Origin: Octopus vulgaris
Lineage: Eukaryota
Length of the DNA: 64,000 nucleotides
Reading direction: 5' to 3'
Assembly: GCA_951406725.2 (NCBI GenBank)
Contig: OX597814.1
Coordinates: 114,142,001-114,206,000 of the forward strand
A program made the position numbers and the translations under genes. Shown here in pieces: positions 12,501 through 25,400 of this stretch; the first letter of the stretch is position 1; each line of letters begins with the position of its first letter. The notes under the pieces are model-generated. The model was not told the origin of the DNA, ran no database searches, and saw only the letters and a list, made by a program, of their open reading frames with translations.

Positions 12501-15500
12501 TTGCTCTGTTATGTGTTCCAATTTTTAATGATTTTTATACCCAGATGCCCTTCCAATCACAGACCTCTTCACAAAGTACACAAGGTGTATTTCATGATAG
12601 TAACATCCCTGTCCTTGACAAGTCTGAAGGGATGCTCTTGACTGTGCATTTTTCTGAAAATACACCATCCACTTTACAGAATGTCCTGGATTCTTTCCCT
12701 CATGGCACCAGCACTAGTGATGTAGCCATTTATTCAACCAAAACTAAAGATTACTCACTCCACATTGTATCTATTCTTTCAAGACAGTTTCATCATCATC
12801 GTTTAATGTCCGCTTTCCATGCTGGCATGGGTTGGACAGTTTGACTGAGGGCCGGCAAGCCAGGAAGCTGCACCAGGCTCCAATCTGATCTGGCACGGTT
12901 TCTACAGCTGGATGCCCATCCTAACACCAACCACTCTGAGAGTGTAGTGCATGCTTTTTACGTGCCACAAGCATGGGAGCCAGTCAGGTAGAATTGGCAT
13001 CGACCACGTTTGGATGGTGCTTTTTACGTGTCACTGACATAGTAGCCACTTAGGTGGAACTGGCATTGACCACATTTGGATGGTGCTTTTTACATGCCAC
13101 TGGCACAGGAACCAGTCGGTGGGGGGGTGCACTAGCTTTGACCACATTTGGAAGGTGCTTTTTATGTTCCACTGGCACAGGAGCCGGACATGCAGCACTA
13201 GCATTGACCCATGCTTGAATGGTGCTTATTACATGCCACCAGCACGAGTGCCACTCAAGCAGCACTGGCATCGGCCATGACTACGATTTCACTTGACACA
13301 ACAGGTCTTCTCAAGCACAACGTGTCACCCAGTGATTCAAGGATACTTTTAAATGCACTGGTTATTCGACACTGGAATTGGCCACTGCTGCCATCTCACT
13401 TTACTTGCCTGGTCTTCTCAAGCACAGCATATCTCCAAAGGTCTCCGGCTCGTCATTGTCTCTGTGAGGCCCAACATTCAAAGGTCATGCTTCACCAGTG
13501 TATTTATATTTAATTCTTTATTGCTCACAAGGAGCTAAACATAGAGGGGACAAACAATGACAGACAAAGGGACTAAGTCAATTACATTGACCCCGACCCC
13601 AGTGCATAACTGGTACTTATTTAATCGACCCCAAAAGGATGAAAGGCAAAGTCAACCGTGGCAGAATTTGAACTCAGAACGTAGCGGGAGATGAAATACT
13701 GTTAAGCATTTTGCTTGGCGTGCTAATGATTAAAACCCTCACCTCTTGGATACATAAACATGTATGAGCCAATGAGGGGGCTTTGATGTAATTGCTCAAC
13801 CAGTTAGAAATAGCAACTAAATCACGCTCGAATTACTACTATGTGGTAAGGAGTTTGCTTCCGAATTACATGACTGTGTGCTGAGCCCCATTGGATGGTA
13901 CCTTGAGAAAGTGTCTTCTATTATAGCCCTGGGTCAACCTTGTGAGTGGAATTGGTAGACAGTAACTGAAAGAAGTGTGTGTGTGTGTGTGTGTGTGTGT
14001 TTATGTAACCTTGAAATTTTAATGATGTCATTGTTTATATTTAGAATGACGTTGTTGAGGTGTGAGAGGCAGAGATGGCCAGTTTGAACATAAAACAGGT
14101 CAGCTATTTTGGCCAAATATGGCTGCAAGTATATCATTTTTCGGATATTTACCTTTTGACCGACAGATTTAAAAAATAATTTTTTGTAACCAAACACTTT
14201 CAAACTTCGGACATTGGTAGAATGTGTCATATAAAACGTCTTTTACTCTTAGCATTTTTGAGAAAAACTTATATTTACGAAGTAATTTCATGTTAAAGTA
14301 GTCCCATTTTGGTAATTTCAACCAATCAATGACAAAAGAAAACTACATCAGAAGTTCTTGTTGACAAACAATGGCAGTAATTTTATTCAGCGGAATACAC
14401 ATCATTGATTGGTTGAAATTACCGAAATACTACAACTATAACGTGAAATTACTTCGTAAATATAAATTTTTCTCCAAAATGCTGAGAGCAAAAGATGTTT
14501 TATATGACACATTCCACCAGTGTCCAAAGTTTGAAAGTGTTTTGTTACAAAAAATTATTTTTTAAATCTGTCAGTCAAAAGGTAATGATCCCATTTTCTT
14601 TCTTTATCCCTTTGAATGATTCCAGTGAATCCTCTTAACAATTTTATTCTCATAAGTTAGCTACATATTTGGATCATTATACTAGTAATAAAAGTATGCA
14701 CTGATTCTATTTCAATTCTTTATTTTTTGTCAATTGGTAAATTTTTTAACCAGTTCACTAATTGATTGACTGATTAAGTGTTTGTTCAATCAATCATTTA
14801 CATTTTGTGAAAGTCCTTTTGTCACCATTTGCAACCTCATCAATGATAAGCCGTCTGTATTCCAGGCCTGCTTCAGGTTTAGACTTGAAGTAGAGGTGTG
14901 TCATTGATGAGATTGTGAATGGTGACAAAAAAAGACTTTGATTAATTGTTTGATCAGTCAATCGGCTTGGTTTTGTCAAAGAATTGATTAGTTAATTAGT
15001 TATGTATTTTTTTTTACAAGAAATTCCATTGAAGCTTTTATTCATAAGCCATAAGCGTCGTAAGTGTAAAATGAAATGTTTATTCTGACAAATACTTACT
15101 GGCAGCATGTGATCTTGTTTTATGAATGGGATCTTTCAGTAATTGAGTAATTACTGGAATATATGGTAAAAGAGCTTCATATAGGATATCATTATGGAAA
15201 ACTGCATTGCCAACTGCATAAGAAGCACTCTGCAATATATGTAAATTAGAAAAGTGTGAAAAAAATGGTACAGAGAGTATAAATCGATAATGAATAAAGA
15301 GGAAAATAAAGAAAAACTTCCTGGAAATATTAAAAGAGGTAATTCTATGTTCTATTTTTTAAACTTTGAATGTTGTGAAACCATTATTCCACTCATTTCA
15401 GAATGAAACTAATTTCTTAATTGTTTATTTATGTTGATTATGTAACAAATATATGACATATGTTGGCATCTCTTACTGATACACTAAACAACTTGTGTCT

Positions 15501-18291
15501 AATACATAATTGTTCATTCATTTTTATGTCTGCTTTTTTCATGCCAGCATGGGTTAGATGAATTTATTATTGAGACATTGCTTTACAATTGGTTGCTGAT
15601 CCCCTTGTTTTTCAAGAAAAAGATCTATTTCACTCATCTTCAAAAGCATAAATGTAAACAAACATGCTGACACATGTATGTGCATGTATATAGAAACACA
15701 TGATAGGCCTCTTTCAGTTTCTATCTACAAAATCCACTCATAAGGCTTTGGTTGGCCTAGGGCTATAGGAAAAGACACTTGTCAATGGGACTGAATACAA
15801 ATGATGAGGCATATGCTCATAATTCTTAACCACACAGCCATGTTTATGGATGCCAACAGCTCTGTAAAGAAGTGCTGATCTCTCAAAGAGTATGGAACTT
15901 GTGGAAGAGGGAGACCTAGGTAGACATGGGATGAAGTCCTGAAGGACAACCTCAGGATGCTGAACCTTTCAGATAAGATGACAAAGGACCGAGACACATG
16001 ACATCTTGCTGAATTCAAGAATACTTGTACTCTACGGCAGAAGTGTTAGGTCATTCCCCACCCCTGGTGAAGAGGATTGGTTTGCTGGTGCCACATTAAA
16101 AGCCCTTAGCACACACTGTGGTTGGCGTTAGGAAGAGCATCCAGCTGTAGAAACAAGCCAAACCAGAATGGAACCTGGTGCAGCGCTTCTGTTTGCCAGC
16201 TCTGGTGAAACCATCCAACCCATATTAGCATAGAAAATAAACATTAAAAGGTGATGATGATACAAATTATCTTCAAGGCCCCAGGACAGTTTATACTTCC
16301 TACCCTTTTCCTCGTTACTAACACATTTTGTAACTATAATTATCTTTTTCTTATTTCTTTATTTTCAAGTATTTACTCATTTCTAATACGCCAAAGGCAA
16401 TGCAATATACGAGATATATACTTTCCAAAATCAATTATAGGTTAGTGAAAAATGTACATTTTTTATCTTTTACATGCTTCAGTCATTAGGTTGTGGCCAT
16501 GCTGGAGCATGCTCAAAGGGTTTGATCATACAAATTGACTTCAATACTTATTTTTAAGCCTGGGACTTATTCTATCAATCTCTTTTATCAAACAGCCAAA
16601 TTACAGGGATGTAAACAAACCAACACTGGTTGTCAAGTGGCAACAGGGGACAAGCACAAAAGACACACATGTAAATATATATATATATATAGCACCATCC
16701 AGTCCGTGCCAGCATGGAAAGCAGACGTTAAACAACAATGATGCTATGCACAGCAGGCTTCTTTCAGTTTCTATCTACCAAATCCACCCACAAAGCTTTG
16801 GTTGGCCGAGGCTATAGTAGGAGACACTTGCCCAAGGTGCCAAGTAGTGGTACTGAACCTAGAACCATGTGCTTGTGAAGAAAACTACTTACCACACAGC
16901 TACACCTACACCTATAATTATCGACATTTTTTTAATATTTTCAAGTATTTTCCAATCTCTCATAAGTCAAAGAGGATGAGTTATATATTCTCCAAAACAG
17001 TAAGTTAGTGAAAAAAAAATGTATAATATACTAACAACCATTAAAATAATAAATTGCAATAAACTTAGATAGTAAAATGTTGCCAGAATCAAATTGTTTG
17101 TAATATTTTTGTGGTAATGTCTAACAAACAGACTTCTCAGTGGAGTACAATAATCATAAATTTGTTAATAATTTAAAACCATTTGGAGAGTCTCTTGTGA
17201 ATTTGTAATCCTACTAGAGAGCCACAATGAAATAGAATTCACTGAGATCTGTTTAGTAAAGAAATTATCTCTAAAGAAATCATACAGAATTTTAGTTCCT
17301 AAGTAACAGATTTATTTCATTTTTAACACAACAGAAAAAACATAGACATGAAATTGAAACTAGCAATGAAGTTTTGAAGAGAAGCAATGAGATTTATTTT
17401 CAATGGTCTTTTCTTTATTCTCAATAAACTAAACAAAAAGGCAATTTTAAAAGCATTTTCATTTCAACATAATCATTAACATCATCATTTAATGTCCGTT
17501 TTCCATGCTGACATAGGTTGGATGATTGGAGAGGAGCTGGTAAGGCCAGGAGCCACACCAGGTTTCATTGTCTGTGTTTGTATGGTTTCTACAGCTGGAT
17601 GCCCTTCCTAATGCCAACTACTTTATAGAGTATACTGAGTGCTTTTTACATGGCATCAGCGCCAGTGCTTTTTACGTGGCACCAACACCAGTGTTTTTTT
17701 TGTGTTAGTGTATGAGATGTGGATGGGGGCGAGAAGGTTGACAGGACAGAGCCGAATATGGACAAGTAATTACCAAGGTGGTTTTAGGATTTCAATTCTG
17801 TTGTGGTGGGCGGGTCTTTTTGAGTACAGCAATGTGCCATACGTCTTGGTCCTATTATATATATATATATGTTTATATCGCACCATGGTGTGATATGAAC
17901 ATTTTAGGTGGTTTTTAGAGTCAGGATTTTGACTGATATTTTGGCATGGTGGTGTCTCTCAGATACCCTTATTTATAGTTGTAAAAAAATTATTACCTTT
18001 GTATGGTATTTATTCCCATGCTGGCCACTAGATAATATCGATATTATCCTTATTTATATATATATATATATATATATATTCATTTACTTGTTTCAGTCAT
18101 TTGACTGCAGCCATGCTTGAGCACCGCCTTTAGTCGAGCAAATCGACCCCAAGACTTATTCTTTGTAAGCCTAGTACTTACTCAATCAGTCTCTTTTGCC
18201 AAACCATTATGGGGACGTAAACACACCAGAATTGGTTGTCAAGTGATGTTGGGGGACAAACAGAGATGCACAAACATATACACACACCTAC

Positions 18292-18322
<31 letters not shown>

Positions 18323-19366
18323 ACTTCTTTCACTTATGAAATACACTCACAAAGCTTTGGTCAGCCCAAGGCTATAGTAGAAGACACTTACCAAAGGTGC
18401 CATGCAGTTGGACAACCTGGAACCATGTGGTTTGTAAGCAAGCTACTTACCACACAGTCACTCCTGTGGAACACTGGGCCTCACCGAGGCAATGACAAGT
18501 GACGGAGACCTTTGGAGATATGCTGTGCTTGAGAAGACCCAGCAAGCCAAATGAGACCATAACCATGGCCTATGCCAGTGAAGCTTAACCAGCCCATTTA
18601 AGAGTACCCTTCAATCGATGGGCAATAAACTGCACTTGTGAAGACCTGCTGAGGCAAGTGAAATTGTTGCCATGGTCGATAGCATGTAAAAAGCATGTAA
18701 AAAGCACCTTTCAAGCGTGATCGCTGCCAGTGTTGCCTGGCACATAATGTGTTGGTGGCACATAAAAAACATCATTCGAGGTGGTCATTGCCAGTGCCAC
18801 TCAACTGGCCCTCGTGCCAGTGGCACGTAAAAAGCATCCATTACATTTTCGCAGTGGTTGGCGTTAGGAAGAGCATCCAGCTGTAGAAACTTCGCCAGAT
18901 CAGATTGGAGCCTGGTGCTGCTTTCTGGCTTGCCAGCCCTCAGTCAAACCATCTAACTCATGCCAGCATGGAAAGCGGACGTTAAACAACAATGACGACG
19001 ATGATGATGATGATATAAAAACTTTGAGTGCATATTTATATTTGTATGTGTTCTCCCCCCCCCCCAAATAATGACAAATTACAATTTTAGTACAATACTC
19101 ACTTTTCTCACATTTGCATCTTTATCCTTTAAGCAATTTAAAAATGTCTTGAACAGTGCATCTCTGAAAGTATAAATATCTAATAATGAGAATTCCAGTT
19201 AAGTGGTGATTAGAATTTTAACCCATAGGAAATAGACTACAGCTGGCTATCAAATTATATTGAATTAAGCACATACTTAATATACATTTTTCTAATTGAA
19301 ATTAAATGAAAAAGGGTATTTTCAATCATAAATTTAGTTAGATATTTTGTAAAATTTTCTTTACAA

Positions 19367-19431
<65 letters not shown>

Positions 19432-22400
19432 CTGTGGCATTAGAAACCAATTAACTAAAGACAATGACACAGTAAACATGAACTGGACATATCTGACTGG
19501 TTCAATTTATAACATTATAAATAGGTGTCATGTATACAGCTTGCAGTATGAGATATAAGGAATACCATATGTATTCTACACAGAGCTCACTGTAACATAC
19601 AAGGGATGATGGGATGTTCTTTTATCATACTTTAACTTCTCATCAGCTGACACAAAAGAGAGAGAGAGAGAGAGAGGGCATTGTGTACTACAATATTACA
19701 AAATATATAAAACAAACGTAACCCTACACCCTACCCTCATCTAAGGGGTCTTGTCTTGTGAATTACTTATTTCTTTTCTGCCCACAAGGGGCTAAACATA
19801 GAGGGGACAAACAAGGACAGACAAAGTGATAAAGTCGATTATATCGACCCCAGTGCGTAACTGGTACTTAATTTATTGACCCCGAAAGGATGAAAGGCAA
19901 AGTCGACCTTGGCGGAATTTGAACTCAGAACATAACGGCAGATGAAATACTGCTAAACATTTTGCCCGTCGCGTTAACATTTCTGCCAGCTCGCTGCCTT
20001 GTCTTGTAAGTTACTTGGTGACCTCACCAGTGCCATTGCCTTGTGAAAAGCATCCAGTATATCCTGTAAAGTAGTTGGTGTTAGTAAGGGCATCAAGCTT
20101 CTATCAAATCATCCAACCCATGCCAGCATGGAAAAAGGGACAATAAATGAAAACGTGCCATCAAGGAACAATCTATTCTTCAGCAGTCAAGTTTGCATCA
20201 TGGTTTCAGTGCCACCCAACAGTACTGCTCTCTTCAACCGGGCCAAGCAGTACTTAGATAGGTTTTGGCCACATTGGCCCAAGAGGACATAGCTAACTTA
20301 ATAGCACCACCTGGAAGAGACATTTAATAATGTATTTTTGTATAGTGATTTCTAGGCACCATTGCCCATTCGATTAAAGAGTTGTTGTTTGCAGCAGTAT
20401 ATTTCCAGGTGTAGGTGGTTTATCTGGAATTTGTTGGAGATATTCATCCAGGAACTTTTTGAAGATTATGAAATCTTTTCCTCCTTTATATGTTTTGGAA
20501 TGATGTTAAAAAGAGCAGGTCCAGTTGAAGAGAAGTAGTTCTGTCTTAGTGTTGTGATGTGCTGAGAGCACGATTTCTGTAGAGGACGAATGGCATGGGG
20601 ACCAAGCCTTGGGTGGATTTTAAAAGTGATACCAATATCATTTGGGCAATACTGTCGGAACAATTTCCACATCATACAAATGATAAAATGCTCTCACCAG
20701 CGCTGGAGAGAATGCAGTTTGAGATTCACGAGTCAATCCCAGTAATAAAGACCAGATATGCCATCAATTTTTTTTGTAATTGATCTCTGGGGTGCTTCAA
20801 GCTTTTTAATATTCTGGCTTGTGTAGGAAGACCATAGCAGACAAAAGTATTCAAGGTGAGGGCGGACAAAGGTAGAAAAAAAGAATATTTTGCCAGATCA
20901 GATTGGAGCCTGGTGCAGCCTTCTCGCTTGCCAGCCCTCAGTCAAACCAACCAACCCATGCCAGCATGGAAAGCGGACGTTAAACAACAATGATGATGAT
21001 GATGAAACCTCCATTGTTTATCCCCAACAAAGTCTGACCTGTCAGTTAGTGCTGCAGATCTGAATCCATTTGACTTTTTTAAATAGGTGTCATAAATACA
21101 TCACTGCAATGTCACCACACTGAAAACTGCCATTAGCAAAGCATTCAACTTTGTCTAATCAGATGAGGCAAACAAGGCATGACCCTGCATTCAAATCAAT
21201 TATAAGAGTTACTAGTTGACATATTGAATATCTTTTCTTATGATATAACAAACGTACAAAATTTCAAATCTCTCTTCTTATTTTTCCTTATTTACAAGGT
21301 AAATGAAACAACTCAACACAAACAGTCTTAATTTAGCTGTCCAATCTGTCTCTATGGTGCCATAATTAGAATGAATTATATAATATATTGAAGCAGAGAC
21401 GCAGAGACGTCTGCTTTGTTGCAAAGTTCAAACACTCTCACTCTCTCACTCTTCTACAATGGCATCGTGATTTCAAAGAAGGTAAAACTAAAACACCTAT
21501 TAATTCATTGCTGACAGTTTACTAGTAAACTCCTGTTTCAATAACTTGTGCAAATAGTAAAAATCATCATCATCATTTAACATCCGTTGTCCATGCTGGC
21601 ATGGTTTGACCGGGCTGGCAGGGATTGGACGGTTTGACTAAACTGGCATGGGTTGGACGGTTTGACCAGGCAGGCATGGATTGGACAGTTTGACTGGGCT
21701 GGCATGGATTGGATGGTTTGACCAGGCAGGCATGGATTGGACGGTTTGACCGGGCAGGCATGGATTGGACAGTTTGACTGAGCTGGCATGGATTGAATGG
21801 TTTGACCGGGTGGGCATGGGTTGGACAGTTTGACTGGACTAGCACACTGGAAGGCTGCACCAGACTCCAGTCTGATTTGGTATGGTTTCCTACAGCTGGA
21901 TGCTCTTCCTAATGCCAAATACTCCAAGAGTGTAATAGATGCTTTTATGTGCCACCAGCACAAGTGCCATTTGTGTCACACTGGGGTGCTTTTACATGCC
22001 ACTGGCATGGGTGCCATTGCATGACACCGAGGTGCTTTTACATGCCACTGGCACGGGTGCCAATTGGTGTGACACCGGTATCTTCCACGACTGCAATTTT
22101 GCTCAGCTTGATGGGTCTTCTCAAGCACAGTATATTGCCAAAGGTCTCGGTCACTGCCTCCGTGAAGCCCAACATTCAAAAGGAACTCAGCCACTTTTTC
22201 TCCGTGAAAATTGTAAAATTGTATTTGATGGCATGCATCCATATTGTCTTTCTCTCTCTTTCACAAATACACACAAAACAAAAATAAGTGATAAGTGGAG
22301 GTATGATTGTGGGGGTTAGATGTTTGCATCCCAAACACTTGGTTCCAGGTTCAGTCTCACTACATGGCACATTGGGCAAGTGTCTTCTACTGTAACCCCT

Positions 22401-25400
22401 GGTTGTCCAAAAGCATTGTGAGCAGATTTGGTAGATAGAAACTGAAATAAGACCATCATGTGTGTGTGTGTGTGTCTCCTTGATTTCATGTGGTAGCAGT
22501 GTCTTTCATTTTGAATATTCTGCTGGAAACCTATCTAGCCATAGGGAAGTATTACCTTCCTAGGAAACAGGTGATGGTTGGTGACAAGAAAGGCATCCGT
22601 CTGTACAAAATCTGCTTTGTATTCTATCTGACCCATGCAAACATGGAAAAGTAAAGGTAAATGGGTGGGAAATCATTAAGTCATTATCATTAAACTAGTG
22701 TTAGGAACATAAATTGGACTGTTTGGTGGAAGATTTTAATTCAAAACTTATGGAAGCAAGACATTTGTACTCAGAGCCAGGGCCAGTTTCAGCCAGGTTG
22801 GTAACGAAAGGGTTAAGAAATTTCTCTATTGTATATTTTAATCATTTTGTTATCATATTTCTATTCAGATGCTCTGTGTTTCTTTCAATTAATTTTAAAT
22901 ATAACAAAGAATTTAGTAAAAAAGTTTAGTTATCATTCACCTAGTGTTAGGAATATAAACTGTGACTAAGATTTGGTGGAAGATTTTAATTCAAAACTTA
23001 TGAAAACAAGACATTTGTACTATAGAGCCAGAGCTGGTTTCAGCTGGGTTGGTATCAAAAGGGTTAAGGAATGATGGAAGAAGTTGGAGTAGAGCAGGTT
23101 CTTGTTGTAGAGGAAGAGCTACGTGGCTGCCCATATTTAGGAAAGAGAGGAAGTGAGAATGAATTAGAGGTATCTCAAAGGAGATAGACAGTGGTGATGA
23201 GGTGTCCAGGTGACACCACAAGTAGCAGGTGTAGCAGTGAGAGGAGTGAGAGTTTGCAAAGGTGTGTGGGGGAAGAGATGCGGGAAGTTGGAGAGGGAGG
23301 TAGGCATCAGCTGTAAGGATTGGGGTAGGGGTGCATAAGTTGGGGAGGCTTCAGGAATACTAGCAGCGTGGGAGTAATGATACAGTTGATGAAGGAGGAG
23401 AGAGAGAGAGAGATGATGTGTTTGGGTTAGCTGCTGGAGCAGAGGAGAGAAATAAAAGAGGTGTAATGCATGAGAAGAGACAATTTGGTGGTTCTGGGAG
23501 GGTAAAGCCTGCTGTAACATGTGGGTGTGGAGAGCAATCTTAATGGGTAAAGAATGGCTAACAAGTGAAATGGTTCAGGGCAGCAAGAGGGAATAGAAGC
23601 ATAGGGATCCATTTGTCCTGTAGCTTTGAGATTTCAAAGATGTGATTGTTTATTTTTAGAATGACATTGAAGGGTAGGTGTGAGAGGCTGGGTCTGGCCA
23701 GTTTGAACATACAACAAATAAAACACTTGGGCCAAATTTGACCAGTTTAGATACAAAAGGGTTAAAGCTATATTTCTACACAGAGACTACTTCACTTCCT
23801 TAAACTAATTTCAACTCTAATTGCTGGTTGCTATGATTAACTTAGAGGACTGAGATAATAATTATTATTATTGTATATAAGTTTTTATTCTCCCCCACCC
23901 CAGCCACCCAACTTCATCACTTAAATAACTTCCCATATACTTATTTTTAGTAGTTTAAGGTATGGAATTAATTTTCCTTTTACTGTTCTCTAAACAATTT
24001 TGAAATTACCACTTGAAAAGAAACTCCATATATTCTCATAAAGCAATGCTTTCACAGCACAACTTAATCACAATCAAATATCAACTACCAAAGATATCAG
24101 TAAAAGAAAGGAAAAAAAAAACACATTTCCTTTCTACTTACAAAAGTAATTTGAAGAGTAATGTATATTAAACAAGAACTCTCAGAAAGCACAAACCTCC
24201 ACCAAGGCAATACCAATGTCCTCTCAATGATTAGCTGGAGATTGTTTTTAAAATGAGAATATCTGAAATAAACTCGACTGCTCTCATAAATGAGAATACT
24301 AAAAATTAACTCTCTCTAAAAAAAAACTGCTCTCAAGAATTAAGTAAAAAAACTAGGAAAAATAATCCAGAATCCTTGTCCGGTACCGGATTGATCCCAA
24401 AATCTAACCAGTTTGTGCCAGTCACAAGGCCAAACATCCATGAATGTTTCACCCGAATCCATCCAGCAGTCCTTGAGATATCTTGTCCACAGACAAACAC
24501 AACTGAAAACAATACCTCCACCTTCGCTAAGGCAGAGGTAATAAATAAATAAAAAAAAAAAAAGGTTCAAAGTAAATTAGGCTTTACTTACCTTTTATGG
24601 AAAATTTCACACAAAAATGATGTATGTTTTAAAATATTGCCAAGTAAACTGCAGACACGAGATTTCAGAACAGAAGGTTCATAGTTCAACAGGGCAGAGA
24701 GCACAGAGTAATCACCTATGTATTGAAGAGAAGGTTGTGTCCATTAAATTTAATAATAAGGGCACAGGTATGAGTATCGCTTGCAAACATGTGGCTTTGG
24801 GTTCAGTCCCACTATGTGGTACCTTGGGCAAGTGTTTTCTACTATAGCTGTAGCCTGGCCAATACTTTGTGAGGTAATTTGATAGGTTGAGACTAAAAGA
24901 AGCTTGTCATATGTACATGTGTGTTTAGATCAGTGGTTCTCAAACTTTTTTTTTTTACCTATGGACCCCTGTGATTGCTATTTTATTCTGGTGGACTCCC
25001 ATAGACATTTGATGTTTAAAAACTTGTTTTCAAGAAACTTCTTTCGGAATACCTAGTGTAGGTTGGACTATATATAACATTAAAGAAACTGAGCTGTTTC
25101 TTGTAATAAATAATCTAAACAAATTTTTTTCATGGACCTTTCAAATAATAATGGGGACCCAATAACTATTTTTCTTGCACAGACACCCAAAATCTTATAT
25201 GAATTCCCAGGGGTTATATGAACACCCAGTTGAGAACCACTGGTTTAAATGAAAAAGCACCATCCGAACGTAGTTGATGACCTGAATAATAACAATAATA
25301 ATAATATCGAAAAATACCTTAGGAATGAGAACCCAGGTTCGAAATTTCCCCAAGATACCTGATGAAGGCTGGAGAATATATCAGCCGAAACGTCGTGTTA

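Noticed and set aside
21590-21840. CRISPR-like array
   Set aside because: Eukaryotic context; contiguous tandem units with no unique spacers
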